Virus record (IMG/VR): IMGVR_UViG_3300025770_000870
Coordinates: 62,001-126,000 of that record
DNA length: 64,000 nucleotides
Strand: one strand, 5' to 3'
In this document: positions 56,013 to 64,000 of the stretch, piece by piece
Position numbering within the stretch: the stretch's first letter is position 1
Layout of the letters: each line of letters starts with the position of its first letter
Made by a program: the position numbers and the translations under genes
The notes under the pieces: generated by a model
Database searches by the model: none
Told to the model about the DNA's origin: nothing
What the model saw: only the letters and a program-made list of their open reading frames with translations

Positions 56013-58130
56013 ATGGCTAAAGAACCGGATGTATCAGTAAGAGTTAGAGCAATTAATACAAATCTAGATGAGAGGCACTCAGGGTTGGGTGATATAGAGG
56101 TTCGTGTTATTCATGAGGGTGGTAAAAAATATAAAGTCGCTTGGATTCCTAAGGGTGGATACGGATATGTTACGGAATTTAAAAAGAAAGGCAAATATGA
56201 ATTATACACTGCTGAAAACTTTATACATGCTGTGATTTATCAAGCAACTAAGATTAAACTTGGAGGAAATTCTTCTATCGTTGATGTTAATGATTATAAA
56301 TTATTTGGTGATGATCAATATTATGAGATAATACAAAATCCCTTTGAGCAAAATCCCCCATTGTATAGATCTTTTGGTAATGATCCATATTATTTAAATA
56401 ATCAAACTAAAGTCAGTATATTTTGGTTTATAGGTGATAAACAATCTATATCTAGATTGGAGTTTAGTAAAACTTATGCACAAACTGAAGCAGTTAACTC
56501 AGTTAATGCGGTAACTGGGAATTTCGAACTTCGGGCGACATTTGGAGGTACAGAGGGTGTGTGGTCAGGTGGTGCTCTTTGGAGTCTTCCTAATGGTCGA
56601 GAGAAATTACGAAATACCAGAGATACAAATGGTGAGGGTATATTTAGTGAGGGTAATACATATGATGACAAGGCTGCTTGGGGTCAAATTTATGGATTAT
56701 ATATTGAATCTGATAATACATATGAAGACCCGTTAAATATTATAGAATATAAGAAATGTGATATAAAGAAATATGTCTTGATAGAGCATAAAGAATCCGG
56801 TGAGAAATTCACACTTGAGGAGAATATGACAGATTTCGTGGGCCCCTTCACAGGAGAAATAGAAAAACAATATGGGTTTGAAATAGATGGGGAAATACTC
56901 GATGTGGAAATACTCGAGTCTATCTTGACTATTTGGAAAAAAAAGGTTGCTGATTATGATGCACTTGATGTTTGTTATAAGGACTATGGGAATACCAAAG
57001 GTAAGGATTTACCTAAACACTTTTCTTGTAATGAGGTTGAGTATAGAAGTCCTATACAAATAGAACCAAAAGAACCGGAACCTACACCAAACGAAGAATC
57101 TGTACAAACACAGGGCACACCAAAGATTAAACTGAGTGTTGTTTTACCGGAAGATTTCGAGTTGAAGGTTAAAGAAGATTTAGATGAGGTTAAAGTTTAT
57201 ATAGGTGATCCACCATCAGATGGTTTTGTTTTCCAGGATGATTTTGATAATCTAGAAGAGTTGGATCCTGAATATATGGAGTCTGATTTTGAAGGAAGTC
57301 AAGAGGTGATAAATACACCAGAAGAGGTTGAAGAAAATATGGAGGTTGCTAAAGTTGATAATACTGGACCTCCTTCCGCTGTAATATCAACTGGTGATTT
57401 TACGTGCTCTGAGCCCCGTCAATCATCCGATAGCACCTTTCAGAATAATAAAGTACCTTATTATTTCCAATATGATACTAGATGGAATTATGTCATATTT
57501 GGATTATCGAAGGAAAAACAGTTTATAGAGGATGAAATCTTACCAGCGCTTTCAAGAGGTTCTTCAGGTAAGCTATATACTGTTAATTTTAAAGGAAGTA
57601 GTTATAAGATACAATGTGATCATAGAAGTGGGGATAAAGGGTATTCCGGAATTGGAGGTGGTGGGTGTGGTCCTACTAGTTTGGCTATGGTTAGTAATTA
57701 CTGGGCAAAAAGGAATGGTAAAGGAGTTTATACATCCCCTGTAAAAACAGCAAAAATGATATGTGATCTAGCTATCAGTGCTCGACCTGGTCCACCATGT
57801 AGCGGTACTGCCATGCGTACAGTAGAAAAAAAATGTAATGACACACTATCTTCGTTATTCGGTTTTAAATTACGGAAAGTCAGTAAGGAGCAAGCGATTT
57901 CTAGAATTAAAAGTGGAAATCCAGTTATATGGCAATGTAGGCAAGGATCAGGTTACAACAAAACGGGTGGTAAGAAGAAGTATGGTGGTCATTATATGGT
58001 GATATCCGAATTTAGAGATGGTAAATTTTGGGTAAGTGATCCTGGTAATAAATCCAAAAAGGGTATTGTATATTTAGATTCCACGTTGAGTACTTGTAAA
58101 GGTTATTACTTTGAATGTTATAAGGCATAA
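56013..58130 (+). CDS. Virion-associated protein with C-terminal C39-like cysteine peptidase
   Basis: VPYYFQ.D.RW, GCGPTSLAM, GGHYMVI, VSDPG. Confidence 0.8.
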   Translation: MAKEPDVSVRVRAINTNLDERHSGLGDIEVRVIHEGGKKYKVAWIPKGGYGYVTEFKKKGKYELYTAENFIHAVIYQATKIKLGGNSSIVDVNDYKLFGDDQYYEIIQNPFEQNPPLYRSFGNDPYYLNNQTKVSIFWFIGDKQSISRLEFSKTYAQTEAVNSVNAVTGNFELRATFGGTEGVWSGGALWSLPNGREKLRNTRDTNGEGIFSEGNTYDDKAAWGQIYGLYIESDNTYEDPLNIIEYKKCDIKKYVLIEHKESGEKFTLEENMTDFVGPFTGEIEKQYGFEIDGEILDVEILESILTIWKKKVADYDALDVCYKDYGNTKGKDLPKHFSCNEVEYRSPIQIEPKEPEPTPNEESVQTQGTPKIKLSVVLPEDFELKVKEDLDEVKVYIGDPPSDGFVFQDDFDNLEELDPEYMESDFEGSQEVINTPEEVEENMEVAKVDNTGPPSAVISTGDFTCSEPRQSSDSTFQNNKVPYYFQYDTRWNYVIFGLSKEKQFIEDEILPALSRGSSGKLYTVNFKGSSYKIQCDHRSGDKGYSGIGGGGCGPTSLAMVSNYWAKRNGKGVYTSPVKTAKMICDLAISARPGPPCSGTAMRTVEKKCNDTLSSLFGFKLRKVSKEQAISRIKSGNPVIWQCRQGSGYNKTGGKKKYGGHYMVISEFRDGKFWVSDPGNKSKKGIVYLDSTLSTCKGYYFECYKA
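57225..57247. repeat. 23-bp perfect inverted repeat with 63248-63270
   Basis: TTTGTTTTCCAGGATGATTTTGA, encoding FVFQDDF in both hydrolase genes. Confidence 0.85.
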
Positions 58131-58225
58131 AATCTCACATTAGTTATTACGGAGATAACGAGTTCTATGATAGTTTATCAAACTAATCGAGTGGTTATTT
58201 AAGAACAAGAATACTATCAATATAA

Positions 58226-58444
58226 TTACCAAGTTCTGATAGAACTTAAAGGTGTATTTCCTGAGTTAGGAGCTGCATCTACAAGTACTAATAAATTAGA
58301 TAAAGCTAATTCATATGTTGTTCCGGTAGCGGATAAATTAACTTCCGGCATAATAGCAATGAATAATCCGGGATCGTTTCTTCCTGAAGTAGCAAGTCCG
58401 GATGGTTGATAATGTATGTTTATTAGATATGTAGGATTTACCAT
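58226..58444 (-). CDS. Small protein, tandem duplicate B
   Basis: MVNP.YLINI...MPEVNLSATG.TYELAL...PLSSIRTW. Confidence 0.75.
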   Translation of the reverse strand: MVNPTYLINIHYQPSGLATSGRNDPGLFIAIMPEVNLSATGTTYELALSNLLVLVDAAPNSGNTPLSSIRTW

Positions 58445-58465
58445 TTTAAGTATTTTTAATTATTT

Positions 58466-58720
58466 TTACCAAGTTCTGATAGAACTTAAAGGTCCATTTA
58501 CTGGGTTAGGAGCTGCATCCACAAGTATTAATAAATTATCTAAAGCTAATTCATATGTTGATCCAGTAGCGGATAAATTAACTTCCGGCATACCAGCAAC
58601 GAAACAAGCAGGTCCATATGTGTTTACTGATGATGTTACACCACCAACATTTACGAGTTGTTGTCCACTAAGATGAGATGGACTATAAGATATGTTTATT
58701 AGATATGAAGGATTTACCAT
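58466..58720 (-). CDS. Small protein, tandem duplicate A
   Basis: Near-identical to ORF 58226-58444; TAATATATA at 58742-58750. Confidence 0.75.
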   Translation of the reverse strand: MVNPSYLINISYSPSHLSGQQLVNVGGVTSSVNTYGPACFVAGMPEVNLSATGSTYELALDNLLILVDAAPNPVNGPLSSIRTW

Positions 58721-58758
58721 TTTAATTAGTATATTTTTAATTATATATTAATTTTCAA

Positions 58759-60303
58759 TTATATAAATTTATCGAAATCACTTTTTCTGATAAGTGTGTA
58801 TGTAAAGGTATCTTTATTTGTAACTTTTACTTGATTTTCACAATTATTCATAAACTGTTTAAATTGTCTAGATTTCTTAAATACCTGACAGCCTTTCGAC
58901 CAGTTATAAACATTATTAGAACTACCACCTTTACTAGATCTGTGTATATTTATACCAAATGATCCTTCTTCTGTACTAGCTTTGAAGTTATATGCTCCAT
59001 CTTTATCATTTCTGTGTACTATACTCTTGGCGTATTTTAGACATTTATGATCTTTTTTACCCTGGTGTAATCCTATCTTATATTGATCGATATATTGACC
59101 AAGTGCTAACACAGCAACATTTTTCGGTAACTTCTTAGTCTTCGGTATAAAACCTGGAGTTGTAGTTACATTATATTCCATCGATATCCATGTGTTATTC
59201 ACATTTTTAAAGAAAACATAAATAGTATCATCAAATTTATTCGAAACGGTTCCATCATCTTTAGTTCTAATACCAACTATATTCATCATACCAACTTGGT
59301 CATAAACCACATAACCCTTTGATTGCATAAACCTTACCCACTTATTTACTTCCTCATTAGATTCTGTTGATGTCAGATCTATTGGTGGATTTGTGTTTTC
59401 TGCTGGTACATCGTCCGGTTCTCCATCCGTTGCTGGTGCAACATAATCTTCATCATATTCTTGCTTAGGACCATCTAGAGGTTTGAAATCTTCATCAGTT
59501 TTAGCTGTCATATCATTTTCAATTCCTCCTACTTCTTCTGGACCCTTTGTTGAATCCCAAGCATCCCCTACTTGTGGATCATCTTGTCTTTCAGGGAAAG
59601 AGTGGCATCTAACAGCAGTTACTTTATTATTATCTACTATATTAACGTGATGTGATAGAAAGACCGGATCTCTCAAAGATTTATATTTTAATAGAACTGA
59701 TATCATTTCTGGATTTGGTACAACCGGAGCTCCCAAGTTTCCTAAATAAGGACCGGCTTTGCTACCCAATAGGTTATCCACAAACTCATCAAACCAATCC
59801 ATCCAATGATTACCTAATATAGCTTGTTGTGAAGCACCAGCATCCCCAATATTAACATCTCTATTATTATCTTTAAGATTTAAATCAATTGTATCTTCTG
59901 TTATATTAATATTATTATACTTATAGTCTATTTTAAGTCCTTCATCATCATTAACATAAATTTGTGTTTTGTGATCAAAAATCAAAGACTTCATCGATTT
60001 ATAATTATCACCATCTAAAGATTCTAACTTCTTTTCTAAATTTACATTGTAGTGATCTGAGAATATGAATTCTGGTTTATATTCATCACCTTGGTCAAAA
60101 ACAACAATTAAAACTTTACCCTTTTCTGGTACATTAAATTCATTACCATTTATATCTTTCCATGGTGTAGCCCAGGGTAAATCCTCTAGCTTCATTTCAT
60201 CAAAAATATCCATAACCCTAACTTTAACTCTCCCGAGTTTCTTAGGATCTGCATTGTCTTCGACAACACCTATATATGTTTTGTTAGCTTCTACTTTATT
60301 CAT
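58759..60303 (-). CDS. gp5/VgrG-like baseplate spike (OB-fold) with C-terminal peptidoglycan-active domain
   Basis: YIGVVEDN.DP.KLGRVKVRV..LPWA.P..VPEKG; C-terminal TT.PG...GINIH...WSKGCQV (L,D-transpeptidase-like His/Cys). Confidence 0.85.
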   Translation of the reverse strand: MNKVEANKTYIGVVEDNADPKKLGRVKVRVMDIFDEMKLEDLPWATPWKDINGNEFNVPEKGKVLIVVFDQGDEYKPEFIFSDHYNVNLEKKLESLDGDNYKSMKSLIFDHKTQIYVNDDEGLKIDYKYNNINITEDTIDLNLKDNNRDVNIGDAGASQQAILGNHWMDWFDEFVDNLLGSKAGPYLGNLGAPVVPNPEMISVLLKYKSLRDPVFLSHHVNIVDNNKVTAVRCHSFPERQDDPQVGDAWDSTKGPEEVGGIENDMTAKTDEDFKPLDGPKQEYDEDYVAPATDGEPDDVPAENTNPPIDLTSTESNEEVNKWVRFMQSKGYVVYDQVGMMNIVGIRTKDDGTVSNKFDDTIYVFFKNVNNTWISMEYNVTTTPGFIPKTKKLPKNVAVLALGQYIDQYKIGLHQGKKDHKCLKYAKSIVHRNDKDGAYNFKASTEEGSFGINIHRSSKGGSSNNVYNWSKGCQVFKKSRQFKQFMNNCENQVKVTNKDTFTYTLIRKSDFDKFI

Positions 60304-60310
60304 TATATTC

Positions 60311-62167
60311 TTATCTTCTTTGACCGCCATTAGAGAATCCACCACCAACTGCACCACCCAATGAGTCTCCTAAAAACCCAACTAAATCACCCCTTACATC
60401 ATAGAAAAATCTTTGTGACACATTACTACCAGCATTCAATAATGAACCTTGTTCTCCTGGGCCAAGCTCATATATATTTTTGGGTGGTGGTATCGTACCT
60501 CCCTGTAATGATATTGCTGCTTTATTTAATGTTCTGGCTAATAATTGTGCTTTTGTGTTTATAACACCTTGTAATTCTTTTTTAGCAGATGATACCAATC
60601 TATCCTTAGCTTTTTTTGCCGCAGCTTTAGCCTTTCCTTTAGATGCTTTCTTATCTCCTTCTAAACTTTCCCCATCACTCGGTGGATCATCAGCGGTTAG
60701 GACTTCAGGAGCCAGTATAATTTCTGTTGTTCCTAATTTATTTATACTTTTTAAAACAAATGGTGATTCAACACCATTTTCTCTTAACTTATTTTTACCA
60801 ACTGTGAAGAAATTTGGTATTGATGTGTCTCCAACTGATTGTGTTCCTCTTGCTCCTGGGTTACCAATTTTCCAAATAGCACCACTATCATAACCAACAT
60901 AGCTACCAAAACCATCACCGGTTGGTACAAACTTTTCAAATTTAACGGCTGAGTATTTATAATCAAATGTTACTGGTGTTGTGCCTTGCGCAGCAATACT
61001 ACCCATGTCTATCTGAGCTGGGTGAGGTAGTTGGTCAAAAAAGAATTGACATTCTCTTAGAGAATAAACATATCTAGATACATTATCCTTTATTATTTCT
61101 AAATTACCAGTCTCTACTGCTTTTCTAACCCTGTTAAAATTTCTACATTCCGAAACTACTATATCACAATTAAATCTCAATAGATTCTCAGGAATCATTC
61201 CCTTACCATTTGGTTTAGACCAATATAATAATTTATAAAGATGTGTTAAAGTACCAACACTCAAAGAAACATCTTCCAAAAAGTCTAATGTTATGACATC
61301 TTTTCTATAATCAGTAATATATTTTAATGTTCCTGGTTTATTACTCTCTACTAAGAAGTTTAGACCTGTTATTTTTTGTATATAATAACCCATATAAGCT
61401 TTTTTACCCAATTGAAAAATTGATTTCGAGTTATCAAAACTAGCTGAGTTTACACCACTATTACTCATTGTTGTTTGTTCTGGATCAATCCTTAATGTTC
61501 CTTTTGTTTTGAAAAATTTCAAAAATTGTTGCTTAAAATCCTCATATACTGGTATCCTAGCGGCCATTTCATTTATTCCCTTATATTGATTTAAAAAATC
61601 TATCACAGATCCGTTTAATAATGGTGATGATATACCATCAATTATTAAATCAAATCCATACATAACCGGATCATTATTTTCGAATGGTGTTGCTTTGAAT
61701 TGACTCAATCTTAAATCAGAAGCACCTTCTGAATTTTCAATTGGTGTTAACCCATCAATTATTTGTAAACCGTGTTTAAAATAATCCGTTTTATTATCAT
61801 CAAATATCATATAATGATCTCTCATGGAATAAGGGATATCTTCTAAATCTGCACTTGATTTCGGTAAATCTTTACTTTCGTTAAATCTATCCGTAGTATC
61901 TAAATCAATTAAACCATTTGGTGTTATTTTCTGACCTAACCAATCTTCATATTCATATTGTCCATATTTAATTTTAACAGCTTCTTGCTGCTTCCCAAAA
62001 ACAGACAATGATGGTTGTATCAAAACTGGTGGTAAGAATCCAGAAGTTTTTGAAAAATCGGGATTTACTAATGTTTGTGGCCAAGGATTACTCACAAAAG
62101 CAATAATACTTGATGCTGAGTTAGATATTTTCTCTTTTAAATCTGTGATTTTGTCGAATACTCCCAT
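60311..62167 (-). CDS. Putative tail/baseplate structural protein
   Basis: Upstream of the gp5-like gene; IPENLLRF motif; TAATATATA at 62175-62183. Confidence 0.55.
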   Translation of the reverse strand: MGVFDKITDLKEKISNSASSIIAFVSNPWPQTLVNPDFSKTSGFLPPVLIQPSLSVFGKQQEAVKIKYGQYEYEDWLGQKITPNGLIDLDTTDRFNESKDLPKSSADLEDIPYSMRDHYMIFDDNKTDYFKHGLQIIDGLTPIENSEGASDLRLSQFKATPFENNDPVMYGFDLIIDGISSPLLNGSVIDFLNQYKGINEMAARIPVYEDFKQQFLKFFKTKGTLRIDPEQTTMSNSGVNSASFDNSKSIFQLGKKAYMGYYIQKITGLNFLVESNKPGTLKYITDYRKDVITLDFLEDVSLSVGTLTHLYKLLYWSKPNGKGMIPENLLRFNCDIVVSECRNFNRVRKAVETGNLEIIKDNVSRYVYSLRECQFFFDQLPHPAQIDMGSIAAQGTTPVTFDYKYSAVKFEKFVPTGDGFGSYVGYDSGAIWKIGNPGARGTQSVGDTSIPNFFTVGKNKLRENGVESPFVLKSINKLGTTEIILAPEVLTADDPPSDGESLEGDKKASKGKAKAAAKKAKDRLVSSAKKELQGVINTKAQLLARTLNKAAISLQGGTIPPPKNIYELGPGEQGSLLNAGSNVSQRFFYDVRGDLVGFLGDSLGGAVGGGFSNGGQRR

Positions 62168-62226
62168 AATGATTTATATATTAAAAATATCCTACTCTAA
62201 TAGAAGTTTGTTGAAAATTAAGGTGA

Positions 62227-64000
62227 TTAAGCAGGGGCGTATTTACCAGTACCATTTTTTTCGGCTCTAACATCATTATAAGTAGCTAAAGCAGCTTCAC
62301 ACTTCTTTATTCTTTCACCAGCGTGATGTTTGTAATAGTCCCTATTGGATACTCCGTTTTTATAGATTGCATCAGGCTTCTTTAGTGGTCGGCCGACTGA
62401 ACCAGGAACCTCAAAGTCACATAAAATTGCTTCACAATAAGCACCTATTGTTTGTGTTGGCTTACCACCCTTTTGGTTGATAAAAGTACCATTCTTTATC
62501 AACTTAGCTGAATTACCAGATGGAATACCAGCGAACATTTTTTGAATTCTACCTCCTTTACCGGAGCTCTGAGTCAATTCAGATATTAAAAAGGCACATT
62601 GTGCCTCAAATAAATAAGGCACTGATTTCAAATATACTTCGAGTTTATTTAAAGTATCTCTTCCAATCTTAACAGTTCCGCCTCCATGTGGTCTTGGATC
62701 TGTATCAAGGAATCCATTCTTCAAAGCTGAAGTCTTAACTCCTTTGTTAGTTAGATACTCACCACAAAATTTCTCCATGTTATATCTCCTTGAATATGTC
62801 CATTGAGCTAAGCCGAGACCAGAGAATACTTGACATTTACCTTTCTTACACGTATAATGTTTTACTGATCCTTGTTTTGCGTTCTCTTTTGACCACCGTT
62901 TTGCACCCATCCCACCGGGTACTATGTAATTTGCTTGATTTTCAATATTCCAAAATTTAAAACTTGATTCTGCATCGATATTACCACAGATACCAGCTGC
63001 TTGGTCTTTTGTAAACCCGCCCTCCTTGATTAACAATTCCATCAAAATATAAATCGCCTGTCGTTTCGTTTGGTTGTTACTAGGTGATGCTGGTGTAGGA
63101 GGTTCACCAGTAGCTGGATCAGCGTCTGGATCATTGGATCCATTCTGTTCCCGCGCCTCATCCCGCTCCTCAGCTGCTTCTGCTTCTGCCTCCTCTTGAC
63201 CTAAGAATGCAGTTTCTCGGTACTCATCGTCCAATTCACCAAGTTGTTCAAAATCATCCTGGAAAACAAACCCACCGGGTTCGATTAGTGTTAATTTACC
63301 AATTTTTGAATCTACTATTATTGATAAAGAATCTTCATATGATTTGAGAGAATCGTTACTAGTTGTTCCGCCGCTTGCACTTCCACTTGATAAAGGAAGA
63401 AACACTCCCTCAATTTCAACATTGAATGTTATTATATTTTTTTTTGATTCTACATCACCGCTTTGTGAACCCGTAATTACAGGCGCGGGCTCTTCTACTT
63501 CTTCTTCTGGTAGTAATTTTATGGGGCTTTTATACTCTACTAATTCTCCTGAATAATATAAACCTTTTTCACTTTTAGCAGGTGTTGAATTAGCCGCCCC
63601 CAATCTACCACCACCTTCGGGGTTATATATGTTACAAGCCACACCATTACCAAATATTTTATTAGTGTTCCCATCCTTCGCTGGCCACCTACCGAGTGAT
63701 GTTTCCTGTGGATCTATCAACTCACATTGACCAACATTATAATTAGGTACTTTTTTATTCCAAGCAGATAGTATATCATTTATGATATCAACATCATCAA
63801 CATTACCAGTATATTTCTTTTCTTGCTTCTCTAATTTTGTTGTGGTAGATTTCCCAGTATCGTCATAAGTCGTTTCATATCCAACCTTAGTAGATAATTC
63901 TAATAAATTATCCTCTGTTATATAAAGAACAGATTCTTCGGTCTTCCATTGTGGATCAAAAGAAGGGTCACTAGGAGTCCGTATGGTTACCGACTTAATT
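62227..64000 (-). CDS. Virion-associated protein with C-terminal phage tail lysozyme (Phage_lysozyme2-like); 5' end outside window
   Basis: Frame stays open to base 64000; AAGICGNI.AES, GLAQWT..R, Q..FL..EL, FEVP. Confidence 0.85.
   Translation of the reverse strand, partial: IKSVTIRTPSDPSFDPQWKTEESVLYITEDNLLELSTKVGYETTYDDTGKSTTTKLEKQEKKYTGNVDDVDIINDILSAWNKKVPNYNVGQCELIDPQETSLGRWPAKDGNTNKIFGNGVACNIYNPEGGGRLGAANSTPAKSEKGLYYSGELVEYKSPIKLLPEEEVEEPAPVITGSQSGDVESKKNIITFNVEIEGVFLPLSSGSASGGTTSNDSLKSYEDSLSIIVDSKIGKLTLIEPGGFVFQDDFEQLGELDDEYRETAFLGQEEAEAEAAEERDEAREQNGSNDPDADPATGEPPTPASPSNNQTKRQAIYILMELLIKEGGFTKDQAAGICGNIDAESSFKFWNIENQANYIVPGGMGAKRWSKENAKQGSVKHYTCKKGKCQVFSGLGLAQWTYSRRYNMEKFCGEYLTNKGVKTSALKNGFLDTDPRPHGGGTVKIGRDTLNKLEVYLKSVPYLFEAQCAFLISELTQSSGKGGRIQKMFAGIPSGNSAKLIKNGTFINQKGGKPTQTIGAYCEAILCDFEVPGSVGRPLKKPDAIYKNGVSNRDYYKHHAGERIKKCEAALATYNDVRAEKNGTGKYAPA

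Noticed and set aside
58131-58225. Possible orphan peptidase C-terminus (SHISYY...) after the C39 gene
   Set aside because: Too short and interrupted by stops to support.
1510-63556. Antisense or alternate-frame ORFs in the track (e.g. 1801-2160, 2458-2790, 25473-25814, 29419-29910, 54019-54549, 60480-60893)
   Set aside because: Shadows of stronger overlapping genes, with Ser/Ile-rich antisense composition and no promoter boxes.
1-64000. Stop-codon reassignment (code 15 or 4) as in some huge phages
   Set aside because: Long conserved genes read through under code 11. TAG and TGA end genes at sensible positions (e.g. TAG after the T9SS domain, ATGA overlaps). The in-frame TGA at codon 6 of 11287-11376 is in a truncated stub.
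1-64000. Bacterial chromosome origin suggested by clpP, rnpA, rpiB and rnhA
   Set aside because: The genes lack their usual chromosomal neighbours (clpX/tig, rpmH/yidC) and are embedded among phage orphans and baseplate genes.
1-64000. CRISPR array, integrase, transposase, rRNA
   Set aside because: No regularly spaced repeats or recognisable motifs seen.

Overview
AT-rich, gene-dense 64 kb segment best explained as part of a jumbo/mega tailed-phage genome infecting a Bacteroidota (probably flavobacterial) host. It uses the standard genetic code. Phage evidence: a gp5/VgrG-like spike, a gp53-like baseplate gene, tail lysozymes, LamG fibre genes and dozens of short orphan ORFs. Host evidence: a T9SS C-terminal domain, DUF2490 and TAnnTTTG promoters. 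Host-like auxiliary genes (cspA, rnhA, clpP, rnpA, rpiB, FKBP/SlyD, Smr, class III cyclase, S2P protease, response regulator, NUDIX, GH16, 5'(3')-nucleotidase) are scattered singly rather than in chromosomal operons. Main candidate system: about 33 unrelated ORFs share a ~10-aa N-terminal leader (M-K-[YH]-[LI]-K-x-[FY]-x-E) that closely resembles the T4 capsid-targeting sequence MKTYQEFIAE. Most follow a TAATATATA box, directly or within the same small operon. This suggests a very large, addressed set of virion-packaged proteins, including enzymes and a ~11-member paralog family. A separate gene class, several behind host-type TAnnTTTG promoters, carries a shared C-terminal R-[DEGN]-x-K-[IL]-x-x-[IL] tag. 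Also seen: a 6S-like RNA, an atypical tRNA-like gene, three further structured RNA candidates, two convergent gene pairs with in-frame inverted repeats that could swap C-terminal domains, and several internally deleted gene scars. All product calls come from motif recognition by eye; no searches were run.
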